Positions 17,591-31,030 of a stretch of 64,000 bases of DNA are shown here, piece by piece. The number at the start of each line of letters is the position of its first letter. Within the stretch, counting starts at the first letter, position 1. The notes beneath the pieces are model-generated. The model was given only the letters and a program-made list of their open reading frames with translations. It made no database searches and had not been told where the DNA came from. Origin of the DNA: the human T2T-CHM13v2.0 reference genome, Homo sapiens. The stretch lies in NCBI RefSeq assembly GCF_009914755.1, contig NC_060930.1; one strand, 5' to 3'. Made by a program: the position numbers and the translations under genes.

Positions 17591-19879
17591 TGTTCTCTTG
17601 TCTTCTTTCCTCATGAAAACAAAATCCCTGCTATACAAACAACTAATTGAATAAGACAAATCTTGTACTTAAAGCCAGATGATGGGTTTTTAATTTTATT
17701 GTGCTACTTACCACCTCTGTGACATTACTAGAACTCAACATTAGACCACATTTAAGGCTTTTATGCTTACCCAGGTAATAGGATACTTGAAAATTGTGTC
17801 TCCATTTAAGGAAAATCATGCCTTCAAAGTATATTTTAGGTAATAGCACTAAATAGGAACTCTTTTTCCTAACATAACATGACTCTATTATAGGTGAGCA
17901 AAGTAAAGTCGCCACCACATCAGAAAATCCACAAACAATCAAAATATTTAAAACACATATTCATTTTAATAAAGTTATTTATTATATCGCCGCTTGATCA
18001 TTTATTGTTTACTAATATTACTAAAAGACAAATAATAGCAGAAAAGAAAATAAATATGAGAGAAAACATGAAATTGAGAAAACTCATACATTAGCTCTTT
18101 TTTCCCTTATACATTTGAAAAAGATTGCTATTATGTGAACTAGAGTGTGGTCTAAATCTATCTCAGCTCAGCTCAGGGACAACTTGGAATATGGATTGAG
18201 AAAAGTCGAAGAGATTGTTTCTAAGATGTATGCTAGCTCTCTCTTGAACGAAGTGTTTTATAAGCTAAGACCTTATAAAAAATGTGAAGTAATTTTGCTT
18301 TTTTTGTCTGTTATGAACACTCTTCCTGAAAAATGTGATTCCAATTAATATGCTGCAAAGGAGAGAACTTTTGCTTTTTCTTTGAATGTTTCATAAATGC
18401 TACATTAACTCTGGATTCACAAATATAAATATTTTATTTTCTGTTTAACAAACTTTAGAAAGAGACTGTTGGCAATTGAACCAAAATATTTAAGTTGAAC
18501 TTTCATAGGTATGTGAATTAATTAAAATAATATTTTACTACCCTAAATTTTCATTGAACCTTAATTGAATTCAAAGTATCTTTATTACTAGAAAGGAATC
18601 AATTTGAAGGCATAGATAAAAATGTAATTGATGTATTTAGTTAATTTATTTACCCCCTGGTATTTATTTCAGGAGGAAATTTGGTAATTTTTAAGTGAAA
18701 AACTGTCATCTTACTTACCTAGAACCCCTGGCAATATTAGCTCCTCTGTCAATATCACAGCTGCAACCACTTAAAACATCCTTATAGATATCAAACTTCC
18801 AATTATACATAGTTCTATGATACTGTATCATACTGTTAACAACTGCTTATATGTGTCTAATACTCATGGTATAGGCCTTCGTCTGAGCACAAAGAACACC
18901 ATGAGGTTTCTCAGAATACTCTTTTCACTTATCCTTACAGGTCTTGGAACATGTGAATTCATTACTGAACGTAACCTTAGGATTACAGCATTTATTCAGA
19001 TTTTCTTACAGCATCTGCTCTTCCTCTGAAAAATATTGGCCTTCAAGGAGATCTCACCATGACTCATCCATCATACCCATCAGTTTGACTGTTGTTTCTC
19101 CTTCTAATTTCACTCTGTCTTTCAAGGATAGATACCATCTACTTTTTTAATAATAATAATAGACAGAAAATATTTGTTTATTTACTTATTTATTCAATTT
19201 TTAATTTTTGTGGGTACCTATTTGGTGATATTATCTACTTTTATATAAGTTGTTTTATTGTTTTGTTTGTAAGGATGTATCTTTTTAGATAAATTACTTA
19301 GCATTTTCTTTGAAAATTACTTAAGAGAGCATTATTAAAAGAAGATTAGTTTGCAATTAAAATATAGAAGTGAAGGTTCAGTTGTTGCAAATAAGTTCCT
19401 AATGGAGAAATAAATGTGGAAAAGTTTGCACTCAAGTGTCTCCCACGGATGATCTAAATTAACAGTGCTCAGGCTTGCTGGCCTTTTTCATTCCTAAATC
19501 ATTCTTTAAGAAACCCACAAATGGAGTCGTAGCATCTTCACAGAGGTCCAGTGGAGCCAGCATGCTGTCTGAAGTAATGTTCTCACCTCTAGAGGAGGGA
19601 GTGGGCTTTTTGAAATTAGCAAGGATGGCTTTGATATATTCTCCTGCCTGTCATGAAAGACTCCACTTCATCTGGCTTGTGTTCTTCCTGCCTGCCTCTG
19701 ATTGATTTCATGTAATCCTGTTGTGCTCTTTGTCATTGCCTTTCATGAAGCCAATTTCCTGCAGGTGGTAGTTCATTGCTTTATCATAATACAATAATAT
19801 CTTGTAGTATCTTTTTTCTCCAGTCAAGCTGAGGTATTATCTGCAGAGATAATAAAAATATTTTCTCTCAGATAACATT

Positions 19880-20050
19880 TTAGATATGTCACCTCATTAA
19901 ACCTTCCTGAGCTCTTTTGATAGGTTGCAAATGTTACCATGTCTGCTTGAAAAATTGGGAAATTGAGACTTTGCAAGTTATACAATTTGCCTTTAACTTG
20001 CAGAAAAAGTGTCAGGTATTGAAATAGTATCCCAAATGTATATTTCAACC
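19880..20050 (-). mobile_element. Degraded MIR
   Basis: cctcattaaaccttcctgag…gggaaattgagactttgcaagttatacaatttgcc resembles the antisense MIR core. Confidence 0.45.
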
Positions 20051-23000
20051 TATTTCTCTTGTTTTATTAAGTCAAGTTTAGACTCATTTGTTCAGGAAAT
20101 TAGCCAATCCTAAGTGACAGAAGACACTGGATGTGTCCTAAATTTCCTACTCATTCACTAATTCAACAAAACTTACAAAGTTCTGCCAACCTATGTAGAT
20201 TGTTTCTAACAATACCATAATTCCAAGACACTATTTTTCATAATAGCTTATTTGGGACTTTTGGTTACTGAAAATGCAGGGGATCAGCCCAGGCTTGGCA
20301 TACTCATTTATACAAATTGCAATATAAGTCAAATTATATCATCTTACACTTTAAAAATGAATATAAATAGTGTACCTTTACTAGTCTTACTAGTCTAATG
20401 TATTTGGAATAATACAGGTCTTTAATAATACTTCTTCTTTTGGTAATATAGTCACTAATTTGAAATCCTGTCTCCTGAAAATTTTTCAACACATGAAAGA
20501 AATGTTTCCAGTTCCATGAAATGTGCAATCGTATGTGTTAACTAGTATTGGTTAAACCAGCCCAATCACCAAGGAGGCAACTCGCTTTACTTTGATGTTC
20601 CTTAGCTTTAGTTCTTCTGTTATACCAACATGAATTTCTTCCCTCCGCCCCTCCTGCTAGTTCTACTGAGGAAACACTATTAGGAAAACAATATTTTTGT
20701 TATGCAAAGCAACCTAATTGTTAGGTTAGCTAGCACTTATAAGACTTAAGTAATTTTATTTTAATATATTCTGGATTTTTCCCCTAGAGTTCTAATTTTT
20801 ATGTATAATGCCAATTAATTCATTTATCAATAGATATTCGGAAGCAAATTTTATGTAATTTGGTGTAAAATCTTAATAAACAGTGAACAAGAGAGAACAT
20901 CCACTTATTCTATATGTTTTGTTTTACTAGTTTCCTTTGAGTAAATAAAATGTTACTTAATTATATAAATTCTTTCCTCCAGCATTAATGAATCCATTAT
21001 AAGGTACCAAGCTAAATCTTCAGCTTTCATGGAAAATTTGCTTTGTCTCCAAAATATACTAGCTATCAATAAGCGCAAAGATAATACAAATTGGTATTGT
21101 ACTTTCTTCTTTGCGTGGGTTATTTGTTTAGTTGGTTATAAATTTTGTGTTGGATTCAATCTAATTTATCATTTCTTACAATTATGAAATCTGTTAAATA
21201 TTACCAGAGACCAATAAACCAATGAAATCATGTAACATCTCCTGATACAGTGGTGTTTTTAGATACATAGAAATTTTAAAAAATGAATTATTGGGTTGTT
21301 ATTATGGACTTATGAATTATTACAAAGTGTTAGTATAAAGTTCAGGAACTTGTCATTTCATATGTTAATATTTCTTAAGTTTATTATGTTTATTGTTCTA
21401 TTGTTAGAATATCTTTAGTTCTAGACAACTTGGAAATGTATCAATTTCCATTTAAAAAAATTGTGAGGGTAAATTGAATTTCAGTTTAGATTATAAAATG
21501 ACATTTTTATAAAGAAAACTTTATGAAAGGAAGAAATCATGGATACAAAGAGAAAAAGATCAATGGAGGGAGGAAAAGGGGAAGGAAGATGTAGGTGAGA
21601 GAAAGCTCATTCAAAGGAGATGCCACTTTCTGGGGAGAAGGAGGTAATTTATAAGATGAAGTAGCAGCAGCAGTTAACAAAAAGGCCTGAGAGACTGTGA
21701 CAGCCTGAAACAGGTGTATATTATTCTTAAATGAGAAAAGACTGCCCAAGGTCATTAAGAATTAGAAAAGAAGAAAGAATTAATTTTAACAAGACATAGA
21801 AAGACATTTATTTCCCACATTTGAGACAACGTGAAGGAGATAGAACAGAGATAGGAAGAGTGGTGGAGAGAGAGTTGCAAAAGGTCAAATAGAAAATGCT
21901 TGGCATTTTTACAGTGTATTAATAATAACAAATATGACCTAGATTCTCAGTGGTGTGATTTTATAATAAGTTACAGGTGAAATATATATTACTTACTCTA
22001 GGTGATAAAATAGCAAAGGTTATAATAAAAAGAAATATGAGTAGACCAAAAATGAAGAAATTTATTCTTTTTGTTTGTTTGTTTGTTTGGAATTTTTGTT
22101 ATTGAGTAGCGGTAATTAGACTCAGCAGCTCATATCCATCTGCAAACAGCCTCTCTGCTATTCCACTAGGATGTGGATCCAAAAATGAAGTAGAAGAGAC
22201 AGAGTAGACCTGAAATATTCCAGAAGGATAAATCTTTTCCATTCCCTCCTCCAGCCAAAATGTCTATAAATTTGAAAGCATCAGGATTGATTGCCCTTGA
22301 TCTTCAGCCACTCTCCAACATAAAGATACCGCATTGAATATCAAAGCCTCTCAAAGCGTTGGAGCCACAGTATTCACCTTCCCACCATTTCAATGACTTG
22401 TATTTACGAGTGTCTATTATCAAAGGCAAGCATACCCCCAGACAAGCACAGAAAAAAGGCACCCAAGTGGCCAGGTAATTCCCTATCTTTCTTTTTCAGT
22501 GTGCTATGCTGACTAACCAAGAGCTTGAGATAACTGTTGTACCTTCTGAAAACACAACTTCTGCATGTAGCTTTATTTATTTTCTACTCTAGTCTAAGCA
22601 GACCCACGACAAGCAACCTAACCCACAAGAAGAAACAAACATACTTTCCCTAGTTTTGCTATTCAAATGTTTTCACAAAAATCCAAAAAATTATACATAG
22701 ATTCTAAACTGTTCACTCTTTCCCTGAGATTTTTGGTTAGCATGAATGTTAGATGTTAATTGTTTAAGTATGATCGGCAAGGCTTACATCTGTTTTTGCT
22801 GCTTGAAGAAAGAACAAATGAGCAGGAATGAGATGAAGAGCATCATAAGAGGCCAGTCCTTCAATCCACCCAGTATGTCAGTGTCAGCTAACGGTCAGTA
22901 GCAGGGCCTGCTTGTCAATACCCACTCCAAATATATCTCAAGTGTATTAATTGCAGCAAGGACCCATTATGAATTCTTCAGTGTTTTTTTGAATCTCCTT

Positions 23001-24795
23001 GTACTGTATTTCTAAACTATACCACTTCCTGGAGGTATTAAGTTACATTCATTTACAACTTAGCAGAAAAGTACTATTTTAATTTTTCTTTATATTGTTC
23101 CTAAGTCTTTCCTATTTTTTAAGTTCTATGCCCCCAGGTTTCTTTCCAGCTTAAAGATATAGAACCTAAATCTAGTATTTTGGGATTGGACAGCTATAAG
23201 CCTATTTAGCTTTTCACATGTATTATTAAGTATATTTTCTTCTATGCCCTTATGTCCTAATCATTATTGTCTGTCTGTCTACAATTATCTCCTCCATCCA
23301 TCTCTCATTTAACAGAGTAGTTTAATTTAACACAATGGTATTTTATCACTGTTATTATAATACTCTTAAGCAAAAATTATGAAATCTGCACAATTCCTAA
23401 TGTTGAAGCATTAATTTTGTATATAAAGACAGAATATTGTGTTCTGCCGGGTTTCTACTAAATCTTTTGTGGAACTCTGATATTTTGCAAAAAAAAATGC
23501 TACTGAAAATGACACATTCTATAATTAATTACTTTTGGTGAAATACCAATTAAAAAAACCAACTACATATCTACCTTAGCAATTTTCTGAGTTTGAGGTT
23601 ATAAAATGTACCAATTTGATCATCATGATTTCTATTATGAAAATCAGTATGTAATGATTTTATGTTAATTATAATGTCTGTAATTTTAAGGAACCAAATG
23701 GAAAATAAGAATGTCTCTTTTTCTCTGCACTAGTATTGATTTTCTTTCTCTGAGGTAAATAAGAGACTTTCTTGGAAAGAAATTATATTTTAAAGAAAAA
23801 GAGAAAAAGGTTTTCAAAACTGCATGGAAGACATAAATTGATCTAAGAGAGGCATAAGCTCAATAAATATTTTTCTATCATAAAAACATTTCTTTCATAA
23901 GAAAAATTCTGTATTCTTAACTGGAAGAGCTATTGTCTCTGCTTTTTATATCAAAAACTCAATCCATTATTTCTATTTCATAACCTTTTTTTCATCTCAG
24001 GTAGATGCAGGCTGATTTAACAAGCCATCATTTAAGTGTGTGCATTGTAATCTTTAGGACTCTGATTTTATACATTAAGAATATGAAAAACATATGGGAA
24101 AGATTTAAAATATATTTCCTCTAGAAAAATCACTTTGCATTTGCAAACTCAGCAAGACCTTAATTAAAATCAATAGGTAAATTAAAAATATGTTTAATGC
24201 AAACTATTTCTTTTAGTCTAACTTCTAAAACTTCTATTTCACACCCCTCTTTTGTTCAACAACTATTCATTGAAAGCATGTACTGTATAACAGGTACAAT
24301 ATTAGCCAACACTTTGCATTATTGAGCAAGCAAGATATTAATCCAGAAGTAATATAAAACCAAGGGAAAAGTGACCTGCATGCTCCATGAAACTGCATAG
24401 CAAAGGGCCTAAGACTGGTGCTCCTCTTCCTGAACTGGCTGACTTAAATCACAAGAGTTTGACTGTGGCTTTAAGAGTTATTCTTTTAGTTACAAGTTTC
24501 CTTTCTCACATCTCCACATAGTTTTTCATCTGCAATAAAGCACTTATTTTATTACATCCACATTTGCTTCAAAAAAAGCAGATGTTTTTAATACCATTAT
24601 TGGATAAATTTTATCTAAATGCAGCCAAAACAAATCCTGCCATTGATCTCTTCTGAACTCTTGGGCAAGGGTCACAGTGCTCTGGGGTTTATCTTCCTGG
24701 TATGAGCTCATCGTTCAGAGTGTGTACCTCCTTTAGGGGTGCAGAATACCATATGGTGTGCAGAGGAAGTGCTGAAGGAGCAACATGTAGTGAGT

Positions 24796-24969
24796 CAGTG
24801 TTTCTCAACCTTGTCTGATTTTAGGAGTCACTTGGGGAGACTTAAAAACACAGATTCCTAGGCCTCCCTAAACTACCAAATCACAATCTCCAGGGGACAC
24901 ATCCACAAGTCAGATTTTTTGCAAGCTCCCCATATGATTCTTTTGATCAGACATGTTTGTGAAACACTG
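24796..24969. mobile_element. MER5A/MER5A1 hAT-Charlie MITE
   Basis: TIRs cagtgtttctcaa / ttgtgaaacactg (12/13 match); internal aaaaacacagattcctaggcc and caagctccccatatgattc. Confidence 0.8.
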
Positions 24970-25959
24970 TAGTACAAAGAAGACTGACAAATACTTTCTA
25001 GGGAAAGCACAGTTTATAAATAAACTTTTAAAGCCGGTTAATGCTGATGGACCTCAGATCTGAAGGATCAGGTAAGGACTTAGTGATCCCAGTAGAATTT
25101 TAGCAGCTTAAAACTAAGGTAAAGTCTATATGTCTTTCATGTTTTCTATAAAAAAGGTAAATAACAATCATTATATTTTTGCAAGAACCAGTATAGGAAA
25201 CCATCTTTTTCCATATGACCACGAAATAGGGAATGGGTATGTGGTTGTGAGAGGAAATCCCCTATGTATTCAAAGAAACAGCAATTAATTTGAGTATGTT
25301 GAAATAAAACCTAAAATTCATCTCCTTTGCTCCTGTGGGCTAGATGAAATAAAGTCATGTCTGGCAAATATCGCACTACTTTATTTTAGTAAAACTCAAA
25401 AATAATTTATAGCTTTTAGAAACTGACTTTGTAAGATGTGTATGGAGGAAACCCCTTGTCACATAGCCAAGTCCTGCCAGGAAGAACATTTATTGCAATA
25501 AATGTACTTACGGTGAATCCCCTCTTAATGAAGGTATTTGGTCCTGTCTGGATGGAAGAATAAAACCGATGTCCCAGTCCACTCTCTGGATAGAGAAGTC
25601 AATAGGTTTGCTAATCTGGGTGTAGTTTGCTTATAAAATATGTATTTCTTAAAATGGAAAATATTACTTTTAATAATTCCTTTTTTAAAAAAGCTAACAC
25701 TTGTCTAGACACAATACTATCAGTTTAGAATTACATTCCATCATAGTTGGTCATACCCAAATGCATCAGATAAAATTATTCTTTCTCTTGTATATTTTGA
25801 AAAATACTCATGATTTTCTAGATGCACTTTATATTTCCCACTGCATGGGATTTTATAAAGTTTAATAACTTTGTGTTTATTTCTACTATGATAGTCTATA
25901 CTTTTATCCTCTTTAGCTTTCTATTATTTTCCTAAAACTATTAAATCTGCCAGGGTTTT

Positions 25960-26050
25960 CAATTGAATTCAAGAACTATTTATTGAAGTTGTGTTAAGTG
26001 TCACACACTGTGCTAAGGCTGTAGGATACCATGATGAGTAGAATAAATCC
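25960..26050 (-). mobile_element. L2 3' end fragment
   Basis: ttcaagaactatttattgaag…cactgtgctaaggctgtaggatacc. Confidence 0.55.
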
Positions 26051-26740
26051 TTAAAATATTTTTCTTGATTCTGCTTCAGAGTAAAAAAAAGTATTCTACA
26101 TTCAGAATTTTGTTTTTATTTTATACACCTGAAAAACCCTGGCATGAGAAGATCTTGGTATTAAAAAGACCAATATATAAAACTCTCACCTTTTACTTAA
26201 CATTTGTCTAGCCTAGGCTTGAAGAATTTCCCTCAATAGAAACTCCCTTCTTTAGAAAATCCCAACTGTTACAAAATTATTCCTTATCATGACCAAGTTT
26301 TATATCCCTAAATATTCTGACTGTTGGTAATAGTTGCTCATTTCAGGTAGCAGGAAACAACTCCATCATCTGGCTTTGATAACCTTTTTATGTCATAACC
26401 TTTATAGCCTAAACATCTCTTTATACCACTTACCATGTTATGGAGATTTTATTTTAACCTGTTCGCAACTTATTGTAATTATTATATTTTACTTCCTTCT
26501 ATCACTTTCTTTTGTTTTTACTGAATATAATCTTTTCCCTGTATTTATTTTCTAATATTTATTGGAATAATCATATTTCTATTAATCATTTTTTTTACTG
26601 CTTTGAAATTCTTATTTTTAAATTTTTGCTCTTTCATTGGTTTTATCTCTAAGATTTTTGAGCTATATGAGAAACTTAGACTACATTACCCGAAAAATCC
26701 ATGTTTATTCTTATATTTCCATTAGTATTTTTCTTGGACC

Positions 26741-28290
26741 TTATTTTATTTTAGTATTTATTTATTTAAAAATGAATTTTCCATTTGACATTTCCAAACA
26801 CATTTATTTTTTAACAAGCAATACACTGTCTTTGGGGATAACAAATGTCAATATTAGGAAATCCAATTATAAAAAAATACTATATCCAGTCTGGGGTAGA
26901 TATATTTATTTTGGTAATGTACATTAAGTGGCACTAATTACACAGTAACTCTAAGGTAACTAACATGAAACCACAGAACTGTAACTGTGCCACAGCTGCA
27001 TGGACTTGGGCCTTCCTTGTAGAACCCATTTTCAAAAGACCAGATGCCTGTCCCAGAGCTATGCCAATGAAGCCTGTTAAGGAGTAAAGCACTGAAGTTG
27101 TGTCTCACCAGAGTACCTTGCTGTTGACAGATGATAGGCAGGGAACGTTAGTTATAAAGTAGTTGCAGCCTAATTTGCAAAGTTACCAGCTGTTTCTCTT
27201 TCAAGACAGAAGCAAGAAGTTAAGAAATTCTTTGAATTTGCCGTGGTGCGTCAGGCAGAAGTGTAGAGGAGGGTTGTTAAGAGTAGTGGTAAAAGGATCC
27301 TGGTAGGCCTGACGGATTTGACATCATTAAGAATCAGGGTTGGTTTCTAAATACTGGTAACAAGATGGCATGCCTTAAATTTGTAATCTTAGGTAAACTG
27401 TATATAAGTGATAAAGGCCAGTGTTCATCCACTAAGACTAACCAACAGCACTTCAAAATTCACCTCTTAAGCACTGTTTCACAAGACAAGGCACCCAGAG
27501 TTTTTCTTCCCACATCTGGCTTGCAGAGTAGCTTTCGCAGCCACTTCAAAAACCTCTCTCACTCCATCTTTGGTCTTTGCTGAACACTTCATGTACCCCA
27601 AAGAGCCAATTCCCTTGACCATATCTCTGCCCTCTTCGAGTCTCACCCTCTTCTGCTTCATCCTGGCTAGCTCCCACCTTGTGTGCACATCATTCCGAAG
27701 ATCCTTCTTGTTCCCAACCAGGCTGGTGGGCACGTTGGGACAGAAATGCTTGACTTCTGGGCTCCATTTCTCTGGGATGTTTTCTAAACTCTCAGGGTTG
27801 TCAACGGAGAACACATAACATCAGTGTCCGAGTAAAAGAGGGGCCTCAGGCGATCCTAATCTTCCTGCCTGGCTGTGTCCCACAAAGTCAGCTCTACGCT
27901 TTCCCATCCACCTCGATATGGGCCACATAGTTCTGAAACCCTGAGGGTGCTCACCCCTCTGGGAACTGGTCCTTGCTGAAGACAATGAGCAAGCATGTCT
28001 TGCCACAGACTCTGTCACCGACAATTACCAGCTTCTTCTGGACGGGAACCATTGCTGGAGGACACTGGCCTGGGTGGCTGAAATTGTACGAAGTACCTTG
28101 AACTTCTCAGAGGACAGATTCGGGCGACGAATCCGAGTCCAGTCTCTTCGTGCCCAGGACGCCTGTCCGCAAGTCGCAAGCTGGGAAGCAGCAGGGCTGA
28201 TAACTGAACTGGAGACCATGGACTCACGAGAGAACTGACGGAGGGCTACGCAGGAAGGGAGCGCGAGCTGGCCAGGGCCGGCGGCCTCCA
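26741..28290 (-). pseudogene. RHOA: Processed pseudogene of RHOA (5'UTR, CDS 28052-27479, 3'UTR, A-rich tail)
   Basis: Intronless. Conceptual translation from the ATG at 28052: [33 protein letters not shown]…LWDTARQED*DRLRPL…[11 protein letters not shown]…[14 protein letters not shown]…KKNSGCLVL; the CLVL end identifies RHOA rather than RHOB/RHOC. Stops at 27951-27953 and 27856-27858, a 1-bp deletion near 27899, and 7 bp missing near 27810-27820 (574 vs 582 bp). RHOA-like 3'UTR to ~26768 and A-rich tail at 26741-26767. The symbol names the parent gene. Confidence 0.96.
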
Positions 28291-28309
28291 GCTGATTTGA
28301 AAACTCTCA

Positions 28310-29150
28310 CAGGTGGTCATAATTTCTCTTTTTATATTTGGTAGTCCTATTGAAAAACATGTTTATCTGTGTGTTTGTTCTTCTGTATCTTTGTTCAAGT
28401 GTGTTTCTTGTATTCTCCTTTTTTTTTTTTTTTTTTTGGTTTCAGTTTTACTCACGCTCATTTCTTCATCCTCCCTTAGTAGTTCTTTCAGGGAGGGTCT
28501 GTGAGTGGTAAAATATCCATTTTTTAATGTTTAGAAATGAATTTACTTTACCTTTATTTTAAATGCTAGTTTATCTGCGTTTAAGATTTTAGTTGACCTT
28601 TAATACTTCAGCATATTAAAGGTATTTTCATTGTCTTCTGGCATTTATTATTGATGTTGAAAAGTATAGCGTTCTAATTGTCTTGCCTACCTAGCCCATC
28701 TGACTTTTTTCCTTTGAGACATTTTTCTTCCTTCTTTAGTGTTCTGCAACTTCACAAGTACTTGTGAATTTGTTTCTAGTTACCCTTTCCAGATTTTTAC
28801 CTTTCATCTTTGATCTTGTTTTTCAATGTTCACCTCTAGAAAATTATCAGAAATTTTCTAATTAAGTATCTCTTTCTGCTGTTTTTTTCTCTTACACTTA
28901 TACCTTTTTTTAATCTATGATACATTTATCTTGACTCACTTTTCATATTTTCTATAACTTTATATTTATGATGTTTTATTTTGAGTGGTTTTCTAAGAAC
29001 TCTTTCCCAATTTATTAATTTGCTCATCAGTTTGATATTTATCTACTTCACCTTTTTGTATTGGCTTTAGTTTTATTCATTTTTGGAAGAACATTTACAA
29101 TATATCTTTAGTATTTATCATATCACCAAAACATTTTAATTACAAAGTTT
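28310..29150 (-). mobile_element. Ancient L1M ORF1-region fragment, probably continuing at ~26430-26740; host of the RHOA retrocopy
   Basis: tcccttagtagttctttcagggagggtctgtgagtggtaaaa…ttcattgtcttctggcatttattattgatgttgaaaag are typical antisense old-L1 motifs. Confidence 0.55.
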
Positions 29151-29419
29151 CACAATACATCTCTAACAACTATTTCACATAATTTAATAAATTTGGTAAC
29201 ATTCAAGAGAGGGACAGACATTGACCTAGATAACATTGAAGGTTTTGTTACACTCTATATATGCTTGTGAAGTATTTGAAATAATTATGAAAGCATATTT
29301 ATTTGGGGTTAATGGCCAGATGCATTTTCCCTGCCAGTCATTAACCCTCAAGCCATGTCTCACTCCTAGGTCATTACTGTAATTATAAGTAAACATTTAA
29401 AAACAGCATAGGTATACTA

Positions 29420-29471
29420 GTGTGTGTATATGTGTGTATATATATGTGTGTATGTATATATAGATACATAT
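29420..29471. repeat. (TG/TA)n microsatellite
   Basis: Seen directly. Confidence 0.75.
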
Positions 29472-30859
29472 TTGCACATAGGTGGTGATATCATAGTTGG
29501 TATGTATAGGAGACTTCTGGGAATTTGTGTTCAATTCATTAATCACAACTATTGTTTGATTAGATTATCTTTCATTTTTAATTCACATTATTATAATTAA
29601 CTTGTAAGCACAGTTGGAGTGATGTAAGAATATCAGAAGCCACTTTTAATTATGAGCTTTATGTTGTAGTTAAGTAGACTGAAAGTTTACTATTAAATTG
29701 AAAACAGATCTTATTAGGAACATTTAATTCTGGCAAAGAAAATGACAATGTGGTATTCATGCTAATCATGTGGAGGTACAGATGTTAAAGAGAAAAGGGC
29801 TTGTTCCTTGTAGAGCATTTCGTACCATGTGTCCCAGTAAGAATATCTTCTCTTGGACTTGCTTTAGATATTGTAACAGCTGCTGAGTCTCTGATTGGGT
29901 ATGAAGCCCTAACTCTGACTCCCACTACGCTAGTTCAAGCAGAATTAAGTCAGCAGAGCCACCACACAAACTCTCCTTTTAAGTTGAGCTACAAGGGTAA
30001 GAGCTGAGTGATTATTACATCTAAGATCTATTTTTTCTTCCCACCAAACTAACCCCCGACAACCCACTTTCTACCATTCATTCTGTGCTTCTGTTACCTT
30101 CTGTTGGATAATATTTAGCCTTTTTTTTTTTTTTGGCATTGAGCCTAGTGTTTTTCTGTGGATACACTTGTACATATGTTTGTACTCAGAATTTATCTTG
30201 TATCTTCTTTAATACTACCAACAATACATTTTAGTTGAATATTTTCTAATTCAAAATAATTACTAAATGTTTGTTGTTTACTCAAATGTCATTCATATTA
30301 TAAATAGTATGGGTCTTGGTGGACAACCGGACCATGAAAAGCATCAAACATGCAGATATCCTGAAAATAAACCAGGCATTTAGAACTTGACCTGTTCAGC
30401 TTTTATTTGTACTTTATCTATTTTTCAGACTCCACAGTCATAAAGTAGCCAGGAAAACCAGGAATTTTGAAGAAAGTCAAGAAAATTACTGAAGGTCAAG
30501 AAATTAAGCCTAGTGGACAATTCACCTAGCACAAGAAGCATGGTGGACTATAAAGACATTGGTCACTGAAGTTATGTATACATGCAGAAAAGAGAGACAG
30601 AAAGCATATATTAAATAAAAGAGAAAACCAAAATTGTTTTGAAATTACCTCTCTTGCAGAAGATTTGAGGAGCTTTCCCACTTCAATTTTCTGATTCTGT
30701 TTTGACACATTTATTTTTTAAATGAATGGCCCATGGGGACCTCCATTTTTGGCAGATTAAGTTACTGGCTTCCAATATAAAACAACCCCAAATCCAGGAA
30801 TCAATGAAGTCATGCTGTAAATTGTGTTCATGTCCATAGAGAAGCAGAAAAAGTTTACA

Positions 30860-31030
30860 ATAGTGGAGAACACCAGATTTAAAATCAGATGGCCTCAACT
30901 GGAATTCTGGCTTTGCCCCTTACTCTCTATAGGATCGTGGGAAAAGCATTCAAATTTTAATTTTTGTCTTATATAACATGGGAATAATATAATTTGTAGG
31001 ATTATATTTTACAAGTTAATAAGTTAATAT
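30860..31030 (+). mobile_element. MIR
   Basis: tagtggagaacaccagatttaaaatcaga…ggaattctggctttgccccttact…tataacatgggaataata. Confidence 0.55.

Noticed and set aside
18720-18781. Strong minus-strand donor (ctag|gtaagtaag) with a 62-nt open frame upstream
   Set aside because: Weak acceptor, unrecognised peptide (DVLSGCSCDIDRGANIARGS) and no partner exons.
27570-28227. Overlapping ORFs 27570-27818(+), 27821-28024, 28015-28227 and 28025-28219
   Set aside because: Antisense or alternative frames of the RHOA pseudogene.
26700-28330. Search for a TSD around the RHOA retrocopy
   Set aside because: No convincing duplication found, so the exact ends remain approximate.
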